A stretch of 64,000 bases of DNA from Alphaproteobacteria bacterium (GCA_037138055.1 JBAXJB010000003.1:5755-69754), one strand, 5' to 3'; numbered from the stretch's first letter, positions 18,365 through 27,828 are shown. Numbers and translations: made by a program. Notes: generated by a model not told the origin, from the letters alone.

Positions 18365-20128
18365 TCAACTAGCAATCAGGCCTTCATTGATTTGTTGATT
18401 CCATAGTTTTGCATATAAGCCATTTTGTTGCAGTAATTTAGCATGGGTGCCTGATTCTGCAATTACACCTTGGTCTAATACAAAAATTTTATCAGCATCA
18501 ACAATGGTGCTAAGCCTATGGGCAATAATAATTGTCGTCTGATTTTTAGAAATTTTTTGCAAACTTTCTTGAATGCGCTTTTCAGTAGAACTATCAAGAG
18601 CTGAAGTTGCTTCATCAAAAATGAAAATCTTTGGTTTTTTAAGTAGCATTCTAGCAATTGCTACTCGCTGTTTTTCACCACCTGATAGTTTCAAACCTCG
18701 TTCGCCAACTTTGGTTTCAAGCCCTTCAGGAAGAGATGCTATAAAACCATCAAGCTCTGCATTTTTAGCAGCATCTTGAATTTCACTAGGAGAAGCTAGT
18801 GGAGCACCGTAAGCAATGTTGTAACCAAGTGTATCGTTGAATAATACAGTGTCTTGCGGCACCATTCCCAAAATATCCCGAAGGCTTGTCTGAGTGATCG
18901 ACTTTAGGTCTTGGTCATCAATGTAAATACTTCCTTTGCAAGGGTCATAAAACCGAAATAGTAAGCGAGACAACGTTGATTTTCCAGCGCCGGTTGCCCC
19001 AACAAACGCTGCTGTTTCACCTGACTGTATTTCAAAATTTATATTTTTTAAAATCTGACGATCGGTACCATAGTTAAAGCATATGTTTTCAAACACAACT
19101 TTGCCTGTTTTATAGACCAATGGTTTAGCACCTACAGTGTCTTTAATATCAGATTCTTGATCAAGCAATTCAAACATTTCCCCAAGATTGACGATTCCTT
19201 GTTTAATTTCCCGATAAGCAAACCCAAGGTTAAATAAAGGCATTACCAATTGCAGGGAAAAAGCAAACAATGCAGCAACATCTCCTGGTGTAATTGCACC
19301 TATTGCCGCGCGTTTTACAGCAAAAGCAAGCATTCCACCCAGGCCTATAGAGAATATGATCGCTTGTCCTGCATTTAAAAAGTTAAGGGACCCTCTCAAT
19401 TTGCGTGATGTTTTTTCATAAACGGCTTGCACTTCATCGTAACGCCTAACTTCAAATTCTTCATTTCCAAAATACTTTACCGTTTCAAAATTGAGCAAAC
19501 TATCAATTGCACGTGTTTGGGCTGTGTTATCATAAGCATTCATTTGCTTAACAATTTTCAAGCGCTTGGTTGATACAATGATTGTAAATACAACATAAGA
19601 GACCATGGTTAAAATCATAATCACACTGCACCACGGGCTATACCAGATCCATAATAAAACCGATAAAAATACTGTTTCAATTATGCTTGGGAAAATCGTC
19701 ATCATTAAAAACTGACTAATCATTTCTAGAGATTTTGTAGCTCGCTCAATAATACGACTAAGCCCACCCGTTTGTCGGTTCAGATGAAATTTTAAGCTTA
19801 AAGAATGTAAATGCTTAAAAGTAGTGACAGATATTTCACGAAAAACCCGCTGGGTGACAATGTTAAAAGTGTAATCACGAAGTTCGTTAAATGTTTGGGC
19901 CAATATACGCACGACAACAAAACCAACTAAAATGCCAACTGGGAAAATAGCTGGGGTTCTTTCCAGATGATCAATTAAGTATTTAAAAGCAATAGGTCCA
20001 CATAATACAAATATGCGGCCAATCAATAAAAACGAGAGTGCACTAACAAGATACATTTTCGCTTTGACCATATTTTTAGGCCATAAATAAACCTTAAGTT
20101 TTTTCAGTGTCAGTGTTTTAGTGTTCAT
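18365..20128 (-). CDS. Atm1/ABCB7-type half ABC exporter (TMD-NBD fusion)
   Basis: Six-TM domain with HLHSLSLKFHLNRQTGGLSRIIERATKS. Walker A is GATGAGKST. The signature LKLSGGEKQRVAIARMLLKKPKIFIFDEATSALD is typical of Atm1/HMT rather than CydD/CydC. Its start ATG overlaps the cydX stop (ATGA). Confidence 0.82.
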   Translation of the reverse strand: MNTKTLTLKKLKVYLWPKNMVKAKMYLVSALSFLLIGRIFVLCGPIAFKYLIDHLERTPAIFPVGILVGFVVVRILAQTFNELRDYTFNIVTQRVFREISVTTFKHLHSLSLKFHLNRQTGGLSRIIERATKSLEMISQFLMMTIFPSIIETVFLSVLLWIWYSPWCSVIMILTMVSYVVFTIIVSTKRLKIVKQMNAYDNTAQTRAIDSLLNFETVKYFGNEEFEVRRYDEVQAVYEKTSRKLRGSLNFLNAGQAIIFSIGLGGMLAFAVKRAAIGAITPGDVAALFAFSLQLVMPLFNLGFAYREIKQGIVNLGEMFELLDQESDIKDTVGAKPLVYKTGKVVFENICFNYGTDRQILKNINFEIQSGETAAFVGATGAGKSTLSRLLFRFYDPCKGSIYIDDQDLKSITQTSLRDILGMVPQDTVLFNDTLGYNIAYGAPLASPSEIQDAAKNAELDGFIASLPEGLETKVGERGLKLSGGEKQRVAIARMLLKKPKIFIFDEATSALDSSTEKRIQESLQKISKNQTTIIIAHRLSTIVDADKIFVLDQGVIAESGTHAKLLQQNGLYAKLWNQQINEGLIAS

Positions 20129-20217
20129 TCTGCGCTATCCATTTCTAGCCACATGGCATTTAAAATACTAAACGCACATGCAAGGCCTAGCCCTAATATC
20201 CAACTAAAGTACCACAT
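20125..20217 (-). CDS. cydX: Cytochrome bd oxidase small subunit CydX
   Basis: Below the ORF-track size cutoff. My translation is MWYFSWILGLGLACAFSILNAMWLEMDSAE. The MWYF.WILG start and single TM segment match E. coli CydX (MWYFAWILG...). A GAGGA Shine-Dalgarno lies 4 nt upstream, and the gene starts 7 nt after the cydB stop. Confidence 0.78.
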   Translation of the reverse strand: MWYFSWILGLGLACAFSILNAMWLEMDSAE

Positions 20218-20224
20218 AAATCCT

Positions 20225-21355
20225 CTAATACATTTGGGGGTCTGATAAATCTTTTAATACCAATCGTTTGCTGAAAACTTTATACGTCCAGGTGATATAA
20301 GCAAGCACAAACGGCAGGAATATCAGCACAGCGATAAGCATAATAAATAGGGTAAGCCTTGATGAAGAAGCATCCCAAATAGTTAAGCTATGATTTGGTG
20401 CAAGTGTTGATGGTAAAATAAAGGGAAAAGTTGCCAAACCAGCTGTAGCAATCACCCCGATAATACTAATTGAAGTTCCCAAAAAGCCAACGATGGCTTT
20501 TCTTTTACCTGAAACCATAGAAATCAAAAATCCAAAGCAAGCAATTAACGTTGAAATCATAGCGCTGCTACCAAAGAATCGCACCGACAACTCATCACTT
20601 TCTTCTATAAATTGCATGCCAACTATTTTTGCTAAAATATTTTGAGATCCAGATGTTTCTTCAAGAGTGAATCCAAAGCATGTTCTATTTAAAACAATTC
20701 CAGCGCTTGCAAAGCAAATAAGCGCCAGAAAAGAAAAAGCCTTTTGAACCCCATGCGCTTTTTGAGCAATGGGATGATCTACTTTTAACCGTAAATAAGC
20801 AGCGCCGTGCGCTATTAACATGTTCAGAGAAACCAAGCCTGCAAGCAAAGTAAATGGATTAAATAATTCAAAAAATACACTTTTTGTTTTGAGCATTAGG
20901 CTTTCGTCAAAAACAAAAGGAAGTCCCAGAATGGTGTTGCCAACAGCTATTCCAAAAACCAAACAAGGAATAATACTTGTAATACAAAGGGCCCAATCCC
21001 AGCGGTTTCGCCATTCTTGGCTCGGCATTTTACTACGAAATTTCAAACCAACCGGGCGTATAATTAAACACGCAAGTACCAAAAACATAGCTAAATACAT
21101 GGTTGAAAAGGCCACGGCGTACACAATTGGCCAAGCTGCAAAAATAGCCCCTGCCCCCAAGATAAGCCACACTTGGTTACTTTCCCAAACAGGTGCAATT
21201 GTGTTAATCATTAAACGACGCTCATCATCTGTTTTAGCTAAAGCTGTAAGAAGACTAGCGACACCTAAATCAAACCCATCAGTTAAAGCAAAACCTGTCA
21301 GTAAGACGCCAAGTAACACCCACCAGATGATTTGTAACATTTCAAGTGATGGCAT
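20225..21355 (-). CDS. cydB: Cytochrome bd ubiquinol oxidase subunit II
   Basis: LQIIWWVLLGVLLTGFALTDGFDLGV...AP.WESNQVWLILGAGAIFAAWP is the canonical CydB pattern. It lies directly downstream of cydA. Confidence 0.92.
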   Translation of the reverse strand: MPSLEMLQIIWWVLLGVLLTGFALTDGFDLGVASLLTALAKTDDERRLMINTIAPVWESNQVWLILGAGAIFAAWPIVYAVAFSTMYLAMFLVLACLIIRPVGLKFRSKMPSQEWRNRWDWALCITSIIPCLVFGIAVGNTILGLPFVFDESLMLKTKSVFFELFNPFTLLAGLVSLNMLIAHGAAYLRLKVDHPIAQKAHGVQKAFSFLALICFASAGIVLNRTCFGFTLEETSGSQNILAKIVGMQFIEESDELSVRFFGSSAMISTLIACFGFLISMVSGKRKAIVGFLGTSISIIGVIATAGLATFPFILPSTLAPNHSLTIWDASSSRLTLFIMLIAVLIFLPFVLAYITWTYKVFSKRLVLKDLSDPQMY

Positions 21356-21356
21356 G

Positions 21357-22904
21357 TTACGCTCCTTTTGTTTTTGAAAACATGTCAGGCCCCACTTTTA
21401 TATATTTTTTTAAAAGCATCACATCAAACACTAAAAGAATTGAATAGAACACCACGAACATTGATAAGGAAATAATAAGAGATGATTTATCAAGATTTGA
21501 AGCAGCCATAGAGGTTGGAAGCACGCCTTCAATAGCCCAAGGTTGCCGTCCATATTCTGCAACGAACCAACCGCTCATAATAGCAATCCACGGCATGGGC
21601 AAAATAACAAGACCGCAACGTAAATACCATGGGTGCTTTTCAAAACGACGTTTTATGGAATACCAAAAACCAAGCATAAAATACGCTAATAAAATAAATC
21701 CAAAAGCAACCATGACTCGGAAAGATATGAACAATGGCAAGACATTGGGGACGGTATCATGAGCAGCCTGCTTAATGGTAGCTTCACTTACTTGGTTTAG
21801 ATCAGAAGTATATTTCTTAAGCAGCAGCCCATAACCAAGATCATTTTTGTATTTCTCAAACTGTTCTGCAGCATGATGATTTTTTCGGTCTTTTCGAAGG
21901 TCTTGAAGGGCAAGATACGCTTTCTGTCCATTCCTAATACGGGGAATTGCTAATGCCTCAAGTTCAGTAATACCAGGAATTTCCGCGGAAAAAGAACGCG
22001 TAGCAATAATTCCTAATAAATAGGGTAATTTAACTTCTAAACGGTTTTCATATTTTTCTTGATTTGGAATAGCAAATAGTAAAAGACTAGCTGGCGCTTT
22101 TTCTGTATGCCACATAGCTTCCATGGCAGCAATTTTCATTTTTTGATTCTGGCTTGTTGTGTATCCGCTTTCATCACCTAACACAATCACGCTTAGGGCA
22201 GATGCTAAGCCAAAGCTTACAGCTACTGTCATTGAACGCTTAGCAAATTCAACATGACGTTTTTTCAATAAGTACCAAGAACTAATAGCCATAACGAACA
22301 TCGCACCAGTAACGTACCCAGCACTAACTGTGTGCACGAATTTACACTGCGCCACTGGGTTAAAGAATATTTCATAAAAATTAGTTAGTTCCATACGAAG
22401 TGTATCAACATTAAAAACGGAACCTATTGGGTTTTGCATCCATGCGTTAGCAATAAGAATCCAAAGGGCTGAAAAACTAGTACCAAAGGCTAACCCCCAA
22501 GTGACGCACAAGTGCGCCTGATGTGATAATTTATTCCACCCAAAGAAAAACAGCCCAATTAAAGTAGCCTCAAGAAAAAAGGCCATCAGCCCTTCAATAG
22601 CAAGTAAAGAGCCAAAAATATCACCAACGTAATGACTGTAATACGCCCAGTTCGTGCCAAATTGAAATTCCATAGTAATGCCAGTAGCAACACCCATGGC
22701 AAAGTTAATACCAAACAACAAACCCCAAAACTGCGTCATTTGCTTCCATATAGGATTTTTGGTCATTACATAAACGCTTTCCATAATGGCCAACAAAAAA
22801 CTTAAACCTAAGGTAAGCGGCACAAATAGAAAATGGTACATAGCAGTAACGCCAAATTGAAGACGAGCTAATTGAACGGCAGTTAACGATTCAAACATAT
22901 ACAC
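21357..22904 (-). CDS. cydA: Cytochrome bd ubiquinol oxidase subunit I
   Basis: LARLQFGVTAMYHFLFVPLTLGLSFLLAIMESVY is near-identical in pattern to the E. coli CydA N-terminus. Q-loop and GWFVAEYGRQPW motifs are present. The track start at 22904 is GTG; the ATG at 22898 (MFESL...) is an equally good start. Confidence 0.93.
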   Translation of the reverse strand: MYMFESLTAVQLARLQFGVTAMYHFLFVPLTLGLSFLLAIMESVYVMTKNPIWKQMTQFWGLLFGINFAMGVATGITMEFQFGTNWAYYSHYVGDIFGSLLAIEGLMAFFLEATLIGLFFFGWNKLSHQAHLCVTWGLAFGTSFSALWILIANAWMQNPIGSVFNVDTLRMELTNFYEIFFNPVAQCKFVHTVSAGYVTGAMFVMAISSWYLLKKRHVEFAKRSMTVAVSFGLASALSVIVLGDESGYTTSQNQKMKIAAMEAMWHTEKAPASLLLFAIPNQEKYENRLEVKLPYLLGIIATRSFSAEIPGITELEALAIPRIRNGQKAYLALQDLRKDRKNHHAAEQFEKYKNDLGYGLLLKKYTSDLNQVSEATIKQAAHDTVPNVLPLFISFRVMVAFGFILLAYFMLGFWYSIKRRFEKHPWYLRCGLVILPMPWIAIMSGWFVAEYGRQPWAIEGVLPTSMAASNLDKSSLIISLSMFVVFYSILLVFDVMLLKKYIKVGPDMFSKTKGA

Positions 22905-23035
22905 TACTTGGTTAGGTGTTGATCAATTTGTGTAGAACTTAATTGTATACGGTGGTTACGCACATAAACAATCAAAAGTGTCAAAATGACTAACTTGATG
23001 GCAATAGCTATTTTGATATCTTTAAATTTGGGCAT
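22904..23035 (-). CDS. Putative 43-aa single-TM protein encoded immediately upstream of cydA
   Basis: My translation is MPKFKDIKIAIAIKLVILTLLIVYVRNHRIQLSSTQIDQHLTK. A GGAGG Shine-Dalgarno lies 5 nt upstream of the ATG at 23035. Its TAG stop (22904-22906) abuts or overlaps the cydA start. No family is recognised. Confidence 0.35.
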   Translation of the reverse strand: MPKFKDIKIAIAIKLVILTLLIVYVRNHRIQLSSTQIDQHLTK

Positions 23036-23173
23036 TCATACCTCCACTTGACCTCAGTATAGCGTAAGTGAATACAATTTTATAAATATTTTAACAATAC
23101 TATAAAATATTCCTTGAAAATACAAATGAACATAATTATATATATTAAAGATAGTTTATTTTGGATCATTATT

Positions 23174-24697
23174 ATGTTTTTAAAAGTTTTTATTTGTCTA
23201 TGGACATACACTTTGTGTTCAACGGTTGTTAACGCAACTGACATTAACGTTTGGGAGCAAGCAAGCCAAGCGCTTCGATATCAAAATATCGACCTTATCA
23301 GACGCTTCAGTACAGAATTGAGCGACGAAAAAGCACCTTTAGAATTATTTACTTCTCAACAAAAAAAAAGTAATTGGGAAACTCCTGAAGCTTATAAGGA
23401 GCGCATGTTAGTACCGGCTCTGCTGTGCAAAGTAGGTTGGAAAGGTACTTTATTTTTAATGTCATCTGGAGAAAATATTCAAGAATTTTTTCAAGGAAAT
23501 CTTCCGCTCTGTTTGAAAAAACCCGATGCAAAAGAAGTTGTCAAAAAATATTTCAAAGATATTGAAAATGCTGCAGAGAAAGGCCAAACAGGAGCTGTGT
23601 TATGTTTCATGTCTCTTTTTTATACAGAAAAAGATTGTTGGCAGCACAGTTTTTCTCATGGATTTTTTAAATATTGCCAGAAAAACGGATACGGAAATTT
23701 TGCAAAATATGTACTTCATCATTCAGATGATTTTTCAGGACACAGCCGAAATATGCACAGCCAATTTAAGATTTGGAAAGGACAATGTTTAGCGGAGGCG
23801 TTTGTAACTGAGTTGAAAAAAGGAAATGCATATTATTTTGAGCATGAAAAAGAAAAACTTAAAAAATTAAAATTAGAACAACCATCTGTCAATGCGCTGT
23901 ATGTAGAGTTGGCCAAACAAGCTCGTTTTGACTTAATGGATTTTGTTCTAACACATAATTCATGGCCACAACCATCATCTGAGGCAAAACTTACTGCCTT
24001 ACAGATAGTAAATTCTACTTTCCACGAAGTATTGATGCAGAAAAACTATTCTAAAGCAAAGGCAATGCTCGCAAGAAAAACTGAAAACAAACCCGTACTA
24101 ACAGTTTTACACGCTGCTGCAGCAAAAGCAGCGCAAGAAAGATCATGGCAGACAGTTGATGATTTACTTGCTAACATGTACGACGAATCACGCCCTGTAC
24201 CACAAGCACTGACGGATGATTTATTTGTTTGTGCAGTGGCGTATCAAAATCATGAATACTTCAGCTTATTAACAGGCGAAAATCCTTTTGCAGTATTAAC
24301 AGGTGAAGAATGGGCATATGCCCCTCCAAGCCCTCCTGCATTTGATAGAGGATTATTAGAAACCGTAAAATTCAGACATCAAGATATGTTTGATAGCTTT
24401 TTGGATAGTTATAGTGAAAAACTATCAGAGACTGGAATGAAAGCAGCTTTAGAACAAGCTGGAAAGCCTAAAGTTAATGGAAGTTTGTATGAAATCAATG
24501 CATCTTCAGGATTCTTTGATAATCACTACCAAAAATGTTTAAAAAAGAAACTAGGTATTCCAACTATAGCTGATTTGATGCTTTCAAGTACGAATCTTGA
24601 TTTTGAACTAATTGCACATAATACCATAGATTTATCGTCTCTGGTTATTCCCGTAATTGATGCAGCAAATAGCGTTACTGCTGGAACTGAAGCGTAG
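23174..24697 (+). CDS. Hypothetical secreted protein, alpha-helical, with degenerate ankyrin-like segments
   Basis: The track ORF starts at 23114 (TTG). The in-frame ATG at 23174 gives a clean signal peptide MFLKVFICLWTYTLCSTVVNA|TD. Segments such as TVLHAAAAKAAQERSWQTVDDLL and DLFVCAVAYQNHEYFSLL loosely fit ankyrin helix pairs. No other motif is recognised. Confidence 0.45.
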   Translation: MFLKVFICLWTYTLCSTVVNATDINVWEQASQALRYQNIDLIRRFSTELSDEKAPLELFTSQQKKSNWETPEAYKERMLVPALLCKVGWKGTLFLMSSGENIQEFFQGNLPLCLKKPDAKEVVKKYFKDIENAAEKGQTGAVLCFMSLFYTEKDCWQHSFSHGFFKYCQKNGYGNFAKYVLHHSDDFSGHSRNMHSQFKIWKGQCLAEAFVTELKKGNAYYFEHEKEKLKKLKLEQPSVNALYVELAKQARFDLMDFVLTHNSWPQPSSEAKLTALQIVNSTFHEVLMQKNYSKAKAMLARKTENKPVLTVLHAAAAKAAQERSWQTVDDLLANMYDESRPVPQALTDDLFVCAVAYQNHEYFSLLTGENPFAVLTGEEWAYAPPSPPAFDRGLLETVKFRHQDMFDSFLDSYSEKLSETGMKAALEQAGKPKVNGSLYEINASSGFFDNHYQKCLKKKLGIPTIADLMLSSTNLDFELIAHNTIDLSSLVIPVIDAANSVTAGTEA

Positions 24698-24701
24698 CTA
24701 C

Positions 24702-25943
24702 TTACTTAATCAGTTCAATAACGATAATTGCAACACCACATAAGAAAACTAGCGCCAAAATGCCATTGCCTCCTACTACTTTATAGGGGGTAATGCTGTT
24801 AGACTGACGCAGTTTATATGCAACTGCCGCAGGTAGCAAAATTGCCAACACACTAAGCGCAATTGACGCGTACCCCAAAGCCATGATAAAACCATTTGGG
24901 TAAAATAGTGCAAAAAATAACGGAGGCACGAATGTTAAAAGTGCCGTTTGAAACCTTTGCCCTGATGTGTTTTTCTTCTTGAAACTTTCAGCTAAATAAT
25001 CAAATAATCCAATCGCTACCCCTAAAAATGAAGTAGAAACAGCAAAGAACGTAAAAATATTTGAACAATAGCCAATGGCACTGCTTTTGGTTACCTCGTT
25101 TAAATTGTGAATAAATGATGCAACGTTTTGTTCTTCTACCCCTGTTGATGGAGGTAAAACACCTAACGTAACCGTTTGCCATAAAATATATACAAATAGC
25201 GGAGCAATGCTTCCTGCAATAATAACTTTTCTTAAATATTTAGGATTCGGACCAACATAATTAACAAGTGTTGGGATACTTCCATGAAACCCGAATGATG
25301 TAAAAAACAGTGGTATTGCTAGCCAAAATGCGCTTGGTTCACTACCAGCACTAGCTAAATATTGAGTTTGTATAAAGGGGATAAGACAATAGACAAGGCT
25401 TAAGAAAATGCCAACTTTGAAAAACAGCAAAAAACGATTTGCAAAATCCACATGACGAGTCGATGAATAGACAAAAACCCCAAGCATAGCTGCAAATGCA
25501 AATGCCATTAGTGCAAAAGGAACTGAAACACCGAAAAAATTATCGATTCCTGTTTTAAGAAAGGCTGCTCCGCCAGTAGTATAGGCGGAGAGCAACGCAT
25601 AAAACAAAAAGCCAATGCTAAGGGACGCAATCCATTTTCCAAAACGACCAAAAGTTTTCTCAGCCAAATACGATATGCTATATCCGCCACCGAACCGCAA
25701 GTTTATTTCCAAAGTAATAAGTGCTGCAAAACAGGTAAAAATCCACATAGCAACCAATAGCAAAGAACTATTAAGAAACCCTGCTTTACCTGAAGTCATA
25801 GGAAGTGCGAGCATTCCTGCACCAAAAGTTGTGCCAGCAACGATGAGTGTTGCTCCTATAAACCTACTTTTTGATGGAACTTGCATTTGTTGAGGTGTTT
25901 CCTGATTAAGAGATTCAGATACTAAACGGGTGGCTGTTTGCAT
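24702..25943 (-). CDS. Aromatic amino acid permease (HAAAP family, TyrP/Mtr/TnaB-like)
   Basis: FIGATLIVAGTTFGAGMLALPMTSGKAGF is the HAAAP N-terminal signature. It is 413 aa with about 11 TM segments. Confidence 0.82.
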   Translation of the reverse strand: MQTATRLVSESLNQETPQQMQVPSKSRFIGATLIVAGTTFGAGMLALPMTSGKAGFLNSSLLLVAMWIFTCFAALITLEINLRFGGGYSISYLAEKTFGRFGKWIASLSIGFLFYALLSAYTTGGAAFLKTGIDNFFGVSVPFALMAFAFAAMLGVFVYSSTRHVDFANRFLLFFKVGIFLSLVYCLIPFIQTQYLASAGSEPSAFWLAIPLFFTSFGFHGSIPTLVNYVGPNPKYLRKVIIAGSIAPLFVYILWQTVTLGVLPPSTGVEEQNVASFIHNLNEVTKSSAIGYCSNIFTFFAVSTSFLGVAIGLFDYLAESFKKKNTSGQRFQTALLTFVPPLFFALFYPNGFIMALGYASIALSVLAILLPAAVAYKLRQSNSITPYKVVGGNGILALVFLCGVAIIVIELIK

Positions 25944-26018
25944 GAGAAACTTATCTAAATGGTTTCTTACATGGTAGGATGTTTTTACTTTTAAAATCTA
26001 GTCAAAATTATACTACCT

Positions 26019-26426
26019 ATGAACTTAGCTAATTTTTGGAAAAATTTTCCTGGTCAGTGGCACTTTGAAAGGTTTGTTTCTGATGAGAGCATACTGACTG
26101 GGTTTCTGAATGTGGAAAAAATAAATCCCTCCTTTTATAAAGCTCATGAAAACGGCACATACAAAAATAGTAATGAACAAACATTTTTTCGAGACTACCA
26201 GTTCAATTGGGAAAATGAGTGTTTAAATATTTCGGGATTCAATCCAAAAGATGGATACGTTCAGCTTCACAGTATAACTGGTGCATCAAGAATACATACA
26301 CACATTTGTAAGCAAGATGTGTATGAATTTGAGCTGAAGGAGTTTGGTTTGAATAGTTGGAAATCTGTTATTGTTATAACAGGTCCAAAAAAGAATTTAA
26401 TAATAAAAACAAACTACACACGTTAA
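26019..26426 (+). CDS. Hypothetical small cytoplasmic protein, possibly a beta-barrel of the DUF6314 type
   Basis: GQWHFERFVSD...G.L.V...Y.E.G...FFRDYQF...HxC.QDVYEFE...W.SV..ITGPKKNL.I.T.Y.R resembles that DUF as I remember it. This is not verifiable here. Confidence 0.4.
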   Translation: MNLANFWKNFPGQWHFERFVSDESILTGFLNVEKINPSFYKAHENGTYKNSNEQTFFRDYQFNWENECLNISGFNPKDGYVQLHSITGASRIHTHICKQDVYEFELKEFGLNSWKSVIVITGPKKNLIIKTNYTR

Positions 26427-26481
26427 TAATAATTGATTATGAAATAAAAATGCTGCATAATAATCATATGACTTTTATTGT

Positions 26482-27147
26482 TTGTTAATTGCTTTGATTT
26501 TTAAATTATTTATTATATTTAATGTTGTTTGCGTTGCTTATGGGGCAACTAATCTCGATGCATATCCAGTAGAACCACATTATAATTTAAGAACAAGAGA
26601 CAAAAGAGCGCATTCTCTACATGAAGAATCAACCACCTCCTCTGTAACCCCAGTAATCACTGCTACAAAACGAGCAAGAACTTCAAAGAAAAAACTTGCG
26701 CTAACTTTAACGAGATCAGAAATTGATGACGATTTTGATGCAATTATGAGTAGCTCAATAGAGGCCTCTGTAACAAAGAAACTTTCTTTTTCTAAAGCAT
26801 CTCTCCGTTTAGCAAAACGTGTTCAAGCTATTTTACCATCCACAGAAATTAATGAATTGGCACACATACTAGATAGAACAGGTAAACATTATCTCTTATC
26901 AAATGCAGTCTTTCAGAATGCACTCTTTAACTACGAAAAAGCTCTGGTAGATACAAAAAAATTCTTACAAGAAAAGTCAGAGCCACCATTTCCTTTGATT
27001 GGACTGACAGCTAGCAAAGGAACAAAAACATATGAAAGACAGCTTTTATCAAGAAGAAGATCTGCCATTCAATACTACATGTCAGATAAAAAATTCAAAG
27101 TGCTATCCGCCGTCCATATGCTTACAGGAAGATCAAATCACTTTTAA
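26482..27147 (+). CDS. Hypothetical secreted basic protein
   Basis: TTG start in the track. Hydrophobic N-terminus LIALIFKLFIIFNVVCVAYGA. Contains the basic cluster TKRARTSKKKL. No enzymatic motif is recognised. Confidence 0.4.
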   Translation: MLIALIFKLFIIFNVVCVAYGATNLDAYPVEPHYNLRTRDKRAHSLHEESTTSSVTPVITATKRARTSKKKLALTLTRSEIDDDFDAIMSSSIEASVTKKLSFSKASLRLAKRVQAILPSTEINELAHILDRTGKHYLLSNAVFQNALFNYEKALVDTKKFLQEKSEPPFPLIGLTASKGTKTYERQLLSRRRSAIQYYMSDKKFKVLSAVHMLTGRSNHF

Positions 27148-27150
27148 GAA

Positions 27151-27705
27151 TTATTTCAGCAACCGCTTCGCTGTTTTAATAACATTTTCAAGGGAATTTT
27201 CCACGTGTAAAAACTGCGCATGCTCTTTGCGTGCAAAGTCAGAATCAATAATATGATGAAATAGTGAAACCAGAGGATCCCAGAAATTATTAAGGTTAGC
27301 AATAATAATTGGTTTATGGTGTAGGTTAAGTTGTTTCCAGGTCAGAATTTCAAAAAATTCATCTAAAGTTCCAAACCCACCTGGCATAATGATGAAAGCA
27401 TCTGCTTTTTGAGACATTTGAAGTTTTCTAGTGTGCATAGTATCAACGACGTATATTTCGTGAAGCCCACTTTGCACACCTTCGCGTTCATCTAATTGTT
27501 CTGTCGTTACGCCCATAACAAGTCCGCCATTTTCAACAACAGCATTAGAAACACGCCCCATTAACCCAAGGCGCCCTCCTCCATAAACCATATTAAAGCC
27601 ATTTGTAGCAATTAGCTTTCCAAGCTCTTCCGCTGATTGATAGTAGAAGGGATCAACTCGTTCAGAAGCACCACAATATACACAAAGATATTTACCTTTA
27701 GTCAT
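27151..27705 (-). CDS. LOG-family protein (TIGR00730; cytokinin riboside 5'-monophosphate phosphoribohydrolase-like)
   Basis: CVYCGAS, VYGGGRLGLMG and PGGFGTLDEFFE are the signature LOG motifs. Confidence 0.85.
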   Translation of the reverse strand: MTKGKYLCVYCGASERVDPFYYQSAEELGKLIATNGFNMVYGGGRLGLMGRVSNAVVENGGLVMGVTTEQLDEREGVQSGLHEIYVVDTMHTRKLQMSQKADAFIIMPGGFGTLDEFFEILTWKQLNLHHKPIIIANLNNFWDPLVSLFHHIIDSDFARKEHAQFLHVENSLENVIKTAKRLLK

Positions 27706-27828
27706 GATTTACCTACCAGTTGGGCTTTATCTGTATGAATGACACTAGACAAAGGTTTTTCTTCTGTCTCAGAATGACAAACAGTACTTAACATTTCATT
27801 AAAATTATAATTTTTCAAGGGGAAGTGC

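Noticed and set aside
20820-21377. 185-aa plus-strand ORF
   Set aside because: It is antisense to cydB, which has a canonical protein sequence.
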